Assembly (NCBI RefSeq): GCF_009914755.1
Contig: NC_060946.1
From: the human T2T-CHM13v2.0 reference genome, Homo sapiens
DNA length: 64,000 nucleotides
Strand: one strand, 5' to 3'
A model generated the notes under the pieces. The model was not told where the DNA came from. It worked only from the letters and a program-made list of their open reading frames with translations, and did not search any database. Position numbers and translations under genes: made by a program. Positions 27,211 through 40,500 of this stretch are shown here, in pieces. Each line of letters opens with the position of its first letter. Position 1 is the first letter of the stretch.

Positions 27211-30200
27211 CTCTGTTAGCTGCGTGCATATATCCCAAAGAAGATTCTGAGATTGCTTCTGTCTAGTTTTTATGGGAAGATATTTCCCTTTTCACCGTAG
27301 GCGTCAAGGCGCTCCAAATGTCCACTTCCAGATACTACAAAAAGAGTGTTTCAAACCTACTCTGTGAAAGCGAATATTCAACTCTGTGACTTTAATGCAC
27401 ATATCACAAAGAAGTTTCTGAGAATGCTTCTGTCGAGATTTTATATGAAGATATTCCCGTTTCCAACGAAATCCTGAAATCTATCCAAATATCCCCTCGC
27501 AGATTCTATAAAATGAGTGTTTCAAAACTGCTCTGTAAAAAGAAAGGTTCAACTCTGTTACTTGAGTACACACATCACAAACAAGTTTCACAGAATGCTT
27601 CTTTCTAGCTTGTAGGGGAAGATATTCCCTTTATCACCATGGTCCTCAAACCGTCCGAAACGTCCGCTTCCATATACTACAAAAAGAGCGTTTCAAACCT
27701 GCTCTAGGAAAGGCAATGTTCAACTCTGTGACTTGAATGCAGACATCACAGAGCAGTTTCTGAGAATGCTTCTGTCTAGATTTTATAGGAAGATATTCCC
27801 GTTTCCAACGAAATCTTCACAGCTATCCAAATATCCACTTGCAGATTCTACAAAAAGAGTGTATCCAAACTGCTCTGTCAAAAGGAAGGTTCTTCTCTGT
27901 TAGGTGAGTGCATACGTCATAAAGGAGTTTCTGAGAATGTTTCTGTCTAGTGGTTATGGGAAGATATTTGCTTTTTCACCGTAGGCCTCAGAGCGCTCCA
28001 AATATCCACTTGCACATACTACAAAAAGAGTGCCTCAAAGCTGCTCTCTGAAACGGAATGTTCAACTCTATGAGTTGAATGCAAACATCACAAAGACGTT
28101 TCTGAGAATGCTTCTGCCTAGATTTGATATGAAGATATTCCCGTTTCCAACGAAATCTTCAAATCTATCCAAATGTCCACTTGCATAATCAACAAAAAGT
28201 GTTTTTCAGAACTGCTCTATCAAAAGAAAGATCCACCTCTGTTAGCTGAGTTCACACATCACAAACAAGTTTATGAGAATGCTTCTGTCTAGTTTTTATT
28301 TGAAGATATTTCCTTTCTCACCATAGACCTGAAAGCTGTCCTAATGTTCACTTCCAGATACTACAGAAAGAGTGTTTCAAAACTGCTGTACGAAAGGGAA
28401 TGTTCAACTCTGTGACTTGAATGCACACATCACAAAGAAGTTTCTGAGGATGCTGCTGTCTACTTTTTATACGTAATCCCGTTTCCAACGAAATCCCACA
28501 AGCTATCCAAATATCCACTTGCAGATTCCACAGAAAGACTGTTTCAAAACTGCTCTGTCAATAGAAAGGTTCAACTCTGTTAGCTGCGTGCATATATCCC
28601 AAAGAAGATTCTGAGATTGCTTCTGTCTAGTTTTTATGGGAAGATATTTCCCTTTTCACCGTAGGCGTCAAGGCGCTCCAAATGTCCACTTCCAGATACT
28701 ACAAAAAGAGTGTTTCAAACCTACTCTGTGAAAGCGAATATTCAACTCTGTGACTTGAATGCACATATCACAAAGAAGTTTCTGAGAATGCTTCTGTCGA
28801 GATTTTATATGAAGATATTCCCGTTTCCAACGAAATCCTGAAATCTATCCAAATATCCCCTCGCAGATTCTACAAAAAGAGTGTTTCAAAACTGCTCTGT
28901 AAAAAGAAAGGTTCAACTCTGTTAGTTGAGTACACACATCACAAACAAGTTTCACAGAATGCTTCTTTCTAGCTTGTAGGGGAAGATATTCCCTTTCTCA
29001 CCATGGGCCTCCAACCGTCCGAAACATCCACTTCCATATACTACAAAAAGAGCGTTTCAAACCTGCTCTATGAAAGGCAATGTTCAACTCTGTGACTTGA
29101 ATGCAGACATCACAGAGCAGTTTCTGAGAATGCTTCTGTCTAGATTTTATAGGAAGATATTCCCGTTTCCAACGAAATCTTCACAGCTATCCAAATATCC
29201 ACTTGCAGATTCTACAAAAAGAGTGTATCAAAACTGCTCTGTCAAAAGGAAGGTTCTTCTCTGTTAGGTGAGTGCATACGTCATAAAGGAGTTTCTGAGA
29301 ATGTTTCTGTCTAGTGGTTATGGGAAGATATTTGCTTTTTCACCGTAGGCCTCAGAGCGCTCCAAATATCCCCTTGCACATACTACAAAAAGAGTGCCTC
29401 AAAGCTGCTCTCTGAAACGGAATGTTCAACTCTATGAGTTGAATGCAAACATCACAAAGACGTTTCTGAGAATGCTTCTGTCTAGATTTGATATGAAGAT
29501 ATTCCCGTTTCCAACGAAATCTTCAAATCTATCCAAATGTCCACTTGCAGATTCAACAAAAAGTGTTTTTCAGAACTGCTCTATCAAAAGAAAGATCCAC
29601 CTCTGTTAGCTGAGTTCACACATCACAAACAAGTTTATGAGAATGCTTCTGTCTAGTTTTTATTTGAAGATATTTCCTTTCTCACCATAGACCTGAAAGC
29701 TGTCCTAATGTTCACTTCCAGATACTACAGAAAGAGTGTTTCAAAACTGCTGTACGAAAGGGAATGTTCAACTCTGTGACTTGAATGCACACATCACAAA
29801 GAAGTTTCTGAGGATGCTGCTGTCTACTTTTTATACGTAATCCTGTTTCCAACGAAATCCTCCAAGCTATCCAAATATCCACTTGCAGATTCCACAGAAA
29901 GAATGTTTCAAAACTGCTCTGTCAATAGAAAGGTTCAACTCAGTTAGCTGCGTGCATATATCCCAAAGAAGATTCTGAGATTGCTTCTGTCTAGTTTTTA
30001 TGGGAAGATATTTCCCTTTTCTCCGTAGGCGTCAAGGCGCTCCAAATGTCCACTTCCAGATACTACAAAAAGAGTGTTTCAAACCTAATCTGTGAAAGGG
30101 AATATTCAACTCTGTAACTTGAATGCACATATCACAAAGAAGTTTCTGAGAATGCTTCTGTCGAGATTTTATGTGAAGATATTCCCGTTTCCAACGAAAT

Positions 30201-31589
30201 CCTGAAATCTATCCAAATATCCCCTCGCAGATTCTACAAAAAGAGTGTTTCAAAACTGCTCTGTAAAAAGAAAGGTTCAACTCTGTTAGTTGAGTACACA
30301 CATCACAAACAAGTTTCACAGAATGCTTCTTTCTAGCTTGTAGGGGAAGATATTCCCTTCATCACCTTGGGCCTCAAACCGTCCGAAACGTCCACTTCCA
30401 TATACTACAAAAAGAGCGTTTCAAACCTGCTCTATGAAAGGCAATGTTCAACTCTGTGACTTGAATGCAGACATCACAGAGCAGTTTCTGAGAATGCTTC
30501 TGTCTAGATTTTATAGGAAGATATTCCCGTTTCCAACGAAATCTTCACAGCTATCCAAATATCCACTTGCAGATTCTACAAAAAGAGTGTATCAAAACTG
30601 CTCTGTCAAAAGGAAGGTTCTTCTCTGTTAGGTGAGTGCATACGTCATAAAGGAGTTTCTGAGAATGTTTCTGTCTAGTGGTTATGGGAAGATATTTGCT
30701 TTTTCACCGTAGGCCTCAGAGCGCTCCAAATGTCCACTTGCACATACTACAAAAAGAGTGCTTCAAACCTGCTCTCTGAAACGGAATGTTCAACTCTATG
30801 AGTTGAATGCAAACATCACAAAGACGTTTCTGAGAATGCTTCTGTCTAGATTTGATATGAAGATATTCCCGTTTCCAACGAAATCTTCAAATCTATCCAA
30901 ATGTCCACTTGCAGATTCAACAAAATGTGTTTTTCAGAACTGCTCTATCAAAAGAAAGATCCACCTCTGTTAGCTGAGTTCACACATCACAAACAAGTTT
31001 ATGAGAATGCTTCTGTCTAGTTTTTATTTGAAGATATTTCCTTTCTCACCATAGACCTGAAAGCTGTCCTAATGTTCACTTCCAGATACTACAGAAAGAG
31101 TGTTTCAAAACTGCTGTACGAAAGGGAATGTTCAACTCTGTGACTTGAATGCACACATCACAAAGAAGTTTCTGAGGATGCTGCTGTCTACTTTTTATAC
31201 GTAATCCCGTTTCCAACGAAATCCTCCAAGCTATCCAAATATCCACTTGCAGATTCCACAGAAAGACTGTTTCAAAACTGCTCTGTCTATAGAAAGGTTC
31301 AACTCTGTTAGCTGCGTGCATATATCCCAAAGACGATTCTGAGATTGCTTCTGTCTAGTTTTTATGGGAAGATATTTCCCTTTTCACCGTAGGCGTCAAG
31401 GCGCTCCAAATGTCCACTTCCAGATGCTACAAAAAGAGTGTTTCAAACCTACTCTGTGAAAGGGAATATTCAACTCTGTGACTTGAATGCAGATATCACA
31501 AAGAAGTTTCTGAGAATGCTTCTGTCGAGATTTTATATGAAGATATTCCCGTTTCCAACGAAATCCTGAAATCTATCCAAATATCCCCT

Positions 31590-32487
31590 TGCAGATTCTA
31601 CAAAAAGAGTGTTTCAAAACTGCTCTGTAAAAAGAAAGGTTCAACTCTGTTAGTTGAGTACACACATCACAACAAGTTTCACAGAATGCTTCTTTCTAGC
31701 TTGTAGGGGAAGATATTTCCTTTATCACCATGGGCCTCAAACCATCCGAAAGGTCCACTTCCATATACTAAAAAAAGAGTGTTTGAAACCTGCTCTATGA
31801 AAGGCAATGTTCAACTCTGTGACTTGAATGCAGACATCACAGAGCAGTTTCTGAGAATGCTTCTGTCCAGACTTTATAGGAAGATATTCCCGTTTCCAAC
31901 GAAATCTTCACAGCTATCCAAATATCCACTTGCAGATAATACAAAAAGAATGTATCAAAAATGCTCTGTCAAAAGGAAAGTTCTTCTCTGCTAGTTGAGT
32001 ACATACGTCATAAAGAAGTTTCTGAGAATGTTTCTGTCTAGTGGTTATGGGAAGATATTTGCTTTTTCACCGTAGGCCTCAGAGCGCTCCAAATGTCCAC
32101 TTGCACATGCTACAAAAAGAGTGCTTCAAAGCTGCTCTCTGAAAGGGAATGTTCAACTCTATGAGTTGAATGTAAACATCACAAACACGTTTCTGAGAAT
32201 GCGTCTGTCTAGATTTGATATGAAGATATTCCCGTTTCCAACGAAATCTTCAAATCTATCCAAATGTCCACTTGCAGATTCAACAAAAAGTGTTTTTCAA
32301 AACTGCTGTATCAAAAGAAAGATCCACGTCTGTTAGCTGAGTTCACACATCACAAAGAAGTTTATGGGAATGCTTCTGTCTAGTTTTTATTTGAAGATAT
32401 TTCCTTTCTCACCATAGACCTGAAAGCTGTCCTAATGTTCACTTCCAGATACTACAGAAAGAGTGTTTCAAAACTGCTGTACGAAAC
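31590..32487. repeat. Divergent HOR segment, copy 1 (1-bp deletion at ~31671)
   Basis: Dense cluster of more than 20 substitutions. HOR spacing drops to 1363 (ORF starts 30758 and 32121). Confidence 0.92.
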
Positions 32488-34549
32488 GGAATGTTCAACT
32501 CTGTGACTTGAATGCACACATCACAAAGAAGTTTCTGAGGATTCTGCTGTCTACTTTTTATACGTAATCCCGTTTCCAACGAAATCCTCCAAGCTATCCA
32601 AATATCCACTTGCAGATTCCACAGAAAGACTGTTTCAAAACTGCTGTGTCAATGGAAAGGTTCAACTCTGTTAGCTGCGTGCATATATCCCAAAGAAGAT
32701 TCTGAGATTGCTTCTGTCTAGTTTTTATGGGACGATATTTCCCTTTTCACCGTAGGTGTCAAGGCTCTCCAAATGTCCACTTCCAGATACTACAAAAAGA
32801 GTGTTTCAAACCTACTCTGTGAAAGGGAATATTCAACTCTGTGACTTGAATGCACATATCACAAAGAAGTTTCTAAGAATGCTTCTGTCGAGATTTTATA
32901 TGAAGATATTCCCGTTTCCAACGAAATCCTGAAATCTATCCAAATATCCCCTCGCAGATTCTACAAAAAGAGTGTTTCAAAACTGCTCTGTAAAAAGACA
33001 GGTTCAACTCTGTTAGTTGAGTACACACATCACAAACAAGTTTCACAGAATGCTTCTTTCTAGCTTGTAGGGGAAGATATTCCCTTTATCACCATGGGCC
33101 TCCAACCGTCCGAAACATCCACTTCCATATACTACAAAAAGAGCGTTTCAAACCTGCTCTATGAAAGGCAATGTTCAACTCTGTGACTTGAATGCAGACA
33201 TCACAGAGCAGTTTCTGAGAATGCTTCTGTCTAGATTTTATAGGAAGATATTCCCGTTTCCAACGAAATCTTCACAGCTATCCAAATATCCACTTGCAGA
33301 TTCTACAAAAAGAGTGTATCAAAACTGCTCTGTCAAAAGGAAGGTTCTTCTCTGTTAGGTGAGTGCATACGTCATAAAGGAGTTTCTGAGAATGTTTCTG
33401 TCTAGTGGTTATGGGAAGATATTTGCTTTTTCACCGTAGGCCTCAGAGCGCTCCAAATGTCCACTTGCACATACTACAAAAAGAGTGCTTCAAACCTGCT
33501 CTCTGAAACGGAATGTTCAACTCTATGAGTTGAATGCAAACATCACAAATACGTTTCTGAGAATGCTTCTGTCTAGATTTGATATGAAGATATTCCCGTT
33601 TCCAACGAAATCTTCAAATCTATCCAAATGTCCACTTGCAGATTCAACAAAATGTGTTTTTCAGAACTGCTCTATCAAAAGAAAGATCCACCTCTGTTAG
33701 CTGAGTTCACACATCACAAACAAGTTTATGAGAATGCTTCTGTCTAGTTTTTATTTGAAGATATTTCCTTTCTCACCATAGACCTGAAAGCTGTCCTAAT
33801 GTTCACTTCCAGATACTACAGAAAGAGTGTTTCAAAACTGCTGTACGAAAGGGAATGTTCAACTCTGTGACTTGAATGCACACATCACAAAGAAGTTTCT
33901 GAGGATGCTGCTGTCTACTTTTTATACGTAATCTCGTTTCCAACGAAATCCTCCAAGCTATCCAAATATCCACTTGCAGATTCCACAGAAAGACTGTTTC
34001 AAAACTGCTCTGTCTATAGAAAGGTTCAACTCTGTTAGCTGCGTGCATATATCCCAAAGACGATTCTGAGATTGCTTCTGTCTAGTTTTTATGGGAAGAT
34101 ATTTCCCTTTTCACCGTAGGCGTCAAGGCGCTCCAAATGTCCACTACCAGATGCTACAAAAAGAGTGTTTCAAACCTACTCTGTGAAAGGGAATATTCAA
34201 CTCTGTGACTTGAATGCAGATATCACAAAGAAGTTTCTGAGAATGCTTCTGTCGAGATTTTATATGAAGATATTCCCGTTTCCAACGAAATCCTGAAATC
34301 TATCCAAATATCCCCTCGCAGATTCTACAAAAAGAGTGTTTCAAAACTGCTCTGTAAAAAGAAAGGTTCAACTCTGTTAGTTGAGTACACACATCACAAA
34401 CAAGTTTCACAGAATGCTTCTTTCTAGCTTGTAGGGGAAGATATTCCCTTTATCACCATGGTCCTCAAACCGTCCGAAACGTCCACTTCCATATACTACA
34501 AAAAGAGCGTTTCAAACCTGCTCTAGGAAAGGCAATGTTCAACTCTGTG

Positions 34550-37500
34550 ACTTGAATGCAGACATCACAGAGCAGTTTCTGAGAATGCTTCTGTCTAGAT
34601 TTTATAGGAAGATATTCCCGTTTCCAACGAAATCTTCACAGCTATCCAAATATCCACTTGCAGATTCTACAAAAAGAGTGTATCAAAACTGCTCTGTCAA
34701 AAGGAAGGTTCTTCTCTGTTAGGTGAGTGCATACGTCATAAAGGAGTTTCTGAGAATGTTTCTGTCTAGTGGTTATGGGAAGATATTTGCTTTTTCACCG
34801 TAGGCCTCAGAGCGCTCCAAATATCCACTTGCACATACTACAAAAAGAGTGCCTCAAAGCTGCTCTCTGAAACGGAATGTTCAACTCTATGAGTTGAATG
34901 CAAACATCACAAAGACGTTTCTGAGAATGCTTCTGTCTAGATTTGATATGAAGATATTCCCGTTTCCAACGAAATCTTCAAATCTATCCAAATGTCCACT
35001 TGCATAATCAACAAAAAGTGTTTTTCAGAACTGCTCTATCAAAAGAAAGATCCACCTCTGTTAGCTGAGTTCACACATCACAAACAAGTTTATGAGAATG
35101 CTTCTGTCTAGTTTTTATTTGAAGATATTTCCTTTCTCACCATAGACCTGAAAGCTGTCCTAATGTTCACTTCCAGATACTACAGAAAGAGTGTTTCAAA
35201 ACTGCTGTACGAAAGGGAATGTTCAACTCTGTGACTTGAATGCACACATCACAAAGAAGTTTCTGAGGATGCTGCTGTCTACTTTTTATACGTAATCCCG
35301 TTTCCAACGAAATCCTCCAAGCTATCCAAATATCCACTTGCAGATTCCACAGAAAGACTGTTTCAAAACTGCTCTGTCAATAGAAAGGTTCAACTCTGTT
35401 AGCTGCGTGCATATATCCCAAAGAAGATTCTGAGATTGCTTCTGTCTAGTTTTTATGGGAAGATATTTCCCTTTTCACCGTAGGCGTCAAGGCGCTCCAA
35501 ATGTCCACTTCCAGATACTACAAAAAGAGTGTTTCAAACCTACTCTGTGAAAGCGAATATTCAACTCTGTGACTTTAATGCACATATCACAAAGAAGTTT
35601 CTGAGAATGCTTCTGTCGAGATTTTATATGAAGATATTCCCGTTTCCAACGAAATCCTGAAATCTATCCAAATATCCCCTCGCAGATTCTACAAAAAGAG
35701 TGTTTCAAAACTGCTCTGTAAAAAGAAAGGTTCAACTCTGTTAGTTGAGTACACACATCACAAACAAGTTTCACAGAATGCTTCTTTCTAGCTTGTAGGG
35801 GAAGATATTCCCTTTATCACCATGGTCCTCAAACCGTCCGAAACGTCCACTTCCATATACTACAAAAAGAGCGTTTCAAACCTGCTCTAGGAAAGGCAAT
35901 GTTCAACTCTGTGACTTGAATGCAGACATCACAGAGCAGTTTCTGAGAATGCTTCTGTCTAGATTTTATAGGAAGATATTCCCGTTTCCAACGAAATCTT
36001 CACAGCTATCCAAATATCCACTTGCAGATTCTACAAAAAGAGTGTATCAAAACTGCTCTGTCAAAAGGAAGGTTCTTCTCTGTTAGGTGAGTGCATACGT
36101 CATAAAGGAGTTTCTGAGAATGTTTCTGTCTAGTGGTTATGGGAAGATATTTGCTTTTTCACCGTAGGCCTCAGAGCGCTCCAAATGTCCACTTGCACAT
36201 ACTACAAAAAGAGTGCCTCAAAGCTGCTCTCTGAAACGGAATGTTCAACTCTATGAGTTGAATGCAAACATCACAAAGACGTTTCTGAGAATGCTTCTGT
36301 CTAGATTTGATATGAAGATATTCCCGTTTCCAACGAAATCTTCAAATCTATCCAAATGTCCACTTGCAGATTCAACAAAATGTGTTTTTCAGAACTGCTC
36401 TATCAAAAGAAAGATCCACCTCTGTTAGCTGAGTTCACACATCACAAACAAGTTTATGAGAATGCTTCTGTCTAGTTTTTATTTGAAGATATTTCCTTTC
36501 TCACCATAGACCTGAAAGCTGTCCTAATGTTCACTTCCAGATACTACAGAAAGAGTGTTTCAAAACTGCTGTACGAAAGGGAGTGTTCAACTCTGTGACT
36601 TGAATGCACACATCACAAAGAAGTTTCTGAGGATGCTGCTGTCTACTTTTTATACGTAATCCCGTTTCCAACGAAATCCTCCAAGCTATCCAAATATCCA
36701 CTTGCAGATTCCACAGAAAGACTGTTTCAAAACTGCTCTGTCTATAGAAAGGTTCAACTCTGTTAGCTGCGTGCATATATCCCAAAGACGATTCTGAGAT
36801 TGCTTCTGTCTAGTTTTTATGGGAAGATATTTCCCTTTTCACCGTAGGCGTCAAGGCGCTCCAAATGTCCACTTCCAGATGCTACAAAAGGAGTGTTTCA
36901 AACCTACTCTGTGAAAGGGAATATTCAACTCTGTGACTTTAATGCACATATCACAAAGAAGTTTCTGAGAATGCTTCTGTCGAGATTTTATATGAAGATA
37001 TTCCCGTTTCCAACGAAATCCTGAAATCTATCCAAATATCCCCTCGCAGATTCTACAAAAAGAGTGTTTCAAAACTGCTCTGTAAAAAGAAAGGTTCAAC
37101 TCTGTTAGTTGAGAACACACATCACAAACAAGTTTCACAGAATGCTTCTTTCTAGCTTGTAGGGGAAGATATTCCCTTTCTCACCATGGGCCTCCAACCG
37201 TCCGAAACGTCCACTTCCATATACTACAAAAAGAGCGTTTCAAACCTGCTCTATGAACGGCAATGTTCAACTCTGTGACTTGAATGCAGACATCACAGAG
37301 CAGTTTCTGAGAATGCTTCTGTCTAGATTTTATAGGAAGATATTCCCGTTTCCAACGAAATCTTCACAGCTATCCAAATATCCACTTGCAGATTCTACAA
37401 AAAGAGTGTATCAAAACTGCTCTGTCAAAAGGAAGGTTCTTCTCTGTTAGGTGAGTGCATACGTCATAAAGGAGTTTCTGAGAATGTTTCTGTCTAGTGG

Positions 37501-40500
37501 TTATGGGAAGATATTTGCTTTTTCACCGTAGGCCTCAGAGCGCTCCAAATATCCACTTGCACATACTACAAAAAGAGTGCCTCAAAGCTGCTCTCTGAAA
37601 CGGAATGTTCAACTCTATGAGTTGAATGCAAACATCACAAAGACGTTTCTGAGAATGCTTCTGTCTAGATTTGATATGAAGATATTCCCGTTTCCAACGA
37701 AATCTTCAAATCTATCCAAATGTCCACTTGCAGATTCAACAAAAAGTGTTTTTCAGAACTGCTCTATCAAAAGAAAGATCCACCTCTGTTAGCTGAGTTC
37801 ACACATCACAAACAAGTTTATGAGAATGCTTCTGTCTAGTTTTTATTTGAAGATATTTCCTTTCTCACCATAGACCTGAAAGCTGTCCTAATGTTCACTT
37901 CCAGATACTACAGAAAGAGTGTTTCAAAACTGCTGTACGAAAGGGAATGTTCAACTCTGTGACTTGAATGCACACATCACAAAGAAGTTTCTGAGGATGC
38001 TGCTGTCTACTTTTTATACGTAATCCCGTTTCCAACGAAATCCTCCAAGCTATCCAAATATCCACTTGCAGATTCCACAGAAAGACTGTTTCAAAACTGC
38101 TCTGTCAATAGAAAGGTTCAACTCTGCTAGCTGCGTGCATATATCCCAAAGAAGATTCTGAGATTGCTTCTGTCTAGTTTTTATGGGAAGATATTTCCCT
38201 TTTCACCGTAGGCGTCAAGGCGCTCCAAATGTCCACTTCCAGATACTACAAAAAGAGTGTTTCAAACCTACTCTGTGAAAGCGAATATTCAACTCTGTGA
38301 CTTTAATGCACATATCACAAAGAAGTTTCTGAGAATGCTTCTGTCGAGATTTTATATGAAGATATTCCCGTTTCCAACGAAATCCTGAAATCTATCCAAA
38401 TATCCCCTCGCAGATTCTACAAAAAGAGTGTTTCAAAACTGCTCTGTAAAAAGAAAGGTTCAACTCTGTTAGTTGAGTACACACATCACAAACAAGTTTC
38501 ACAGAATGCTTCTTTCTAGCTTGTAGGGGAAGATATTCCCTTTATCACCATGGGCCTCCAACCGTCCGAAACGTCCACTTCCATATACTACAAAAAGAGC
38601 GTTTCAAACCTGCTCTAGGAAAGGCAATGTTCAACTCTGTGACTTGAATGCAGACATCACAGAGCAGTTTCTGAGAATGCTTCTGTCTAGATTTTATAGG
38701 AAGATATTCCCGTTTCCAACGAAATCTTCACAGCTATCCAAATATCCACTTGCAGATTCTACAAAAAGAGTGTATCAAAACTGCTCTGTCAAAAGGAAGG
38801 TTCTTCTCTGTTAGGTGAGTGCATACGTCATAAAGGAGTTTCTGAGAATGTTTCTGTCTAGTGGTTATGGGAAGATATTTGCTTTTTCACCGTAGGCCTC
38901 AGAGCGCTCCAAATATGCACTTGCACATACTACAAAAAGAGTGCCTCAAAGCTGCTCTTTGAAACGGAATGTTCAACTCTATGAGTTGAATGCAAACATC
39001 ACAAAGACGTTTCTGAGAATGCTTCTGTCTAGATTTGATATGAAGATATTCCCGTTTCCAACGAAATCTTCAAATCTATCCAAATGTCCACTTGCAGATT
39101 CAACAAAAAGTGTTTTTCAGAACTGCTCTATCAAAAGAAAGATCCACCTCTGTTAGCTGAGTTCACACATCACAAACAAGTTTATGAGAATGCTTCTGTC
39201 TAGTTTTTATTTGAAGATATTTCCTTTCTCACCATAGACCTGAAAGCTGTCCTAATGTTCACTTCCAGATACTACAGAAAGAGTGTTTCAAAACTGCTGT
39301 ACGAAAGGGAATGTTCAACTCTGTGACTTGAATGCACACATCACAAAGAAGTTTCTGAGGATGCTGCTGTCTACTTTTTATACGTAATCCCGTTTCCAAC
39401 GAAATCCTCCAAGCTATCCAAACATCCACTTACAGATTCCACAGAAAGACTGTTTCAAAACTGCTCTGTCAATAGAAAGGTTCAACTCTGTTAGCTGCGT
39501 GCATATATCCCAAAGAAGATTCTGAGATTGCTTCTGTCTAGTTTTTATGGGAAGATATTTCCCTTTTCACCGTAGGCGTCAAGGCGCTCCAAATGTCCAC
39601 TTCCAGATACTACAAAAAGAGTGTTTCAAACCTACTCTGTGAAAGCGAATATTCAACTCTGTGACTTGAATGCACATATCACAAAGAAGTTTCTGAGAAT
39701 GCTTCTGTCGAGATTTTATATGAAGATATTCCCGTTTCCAACGAAATCCTGAAATCTATCCAAATATCCCCTCGCAGATTCTACAAAAAGAGTGTTTCAA
39801 AACTGCTCTGTAAAAAGAAAGGTTCAACTCTGTTAGTTGAGTACACACATCACAAACAAGTTTCACAGAATGCTTCTTTCTAGCTTTTAGGGGAAGATAT
39901 TCCCTTTATCACCATGGGCCTCCAACCGTCCGAAACGTCCACTTCCATATACTACAAAAAGAGCGTTTCAAACCTGCTCTAGGAAAGGCAATGTTCAACT
40001 CTGTGACTTGAATGCAGACATCACAGAGCAGTTTCTGAGAATGCTTCTGTCTAGATTTTATAGGAAGATATTCCCGTTTCCAACGAAATCTTCACAGCTA
40101 TCCAAATATCCACTTGCAGATTCTACAAAAAGAGTGTATCAAAACTGCTCTGTCAAAAGGAAGGTTCTTCTCTGTTAGGTGAGTGCATACGTCATAAAGG
40201 AGTTTCTGAGAATGTTTCTGTCTAGTGGTTATGGGAAGATATTTGCTTTTTCACCGTAGGCCTCAGAGCGCTCCAAATATCCACTTGCACATACTACAAA
40301 AAGAGTGCCTCAAAGCTGCTCTCTGAAACGGAATGTTCAACTCTATGAGTTGAATGCAAACATCACAAAGACGTTTCTGAGAATGCTTCTGTCTAGATTT
40401 GATATGAAGATATTCCCGTTTCCAACGAAATCTTCAAATCTATCCAAATGTCCACTTGCATAATCAACAAAAAGTGTTTTTCAGAACTGCTCTATCAAAA

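Noticed and set aside
34219-34317. A breakpoint interval contains a CENP-B box (34274-34290), hinting at box-directed recombination
   Set aside because: Boxes occur every ~341 bp, so overlap by chance is likely. The other narrow breakpoint (36881-36940) contains no box.
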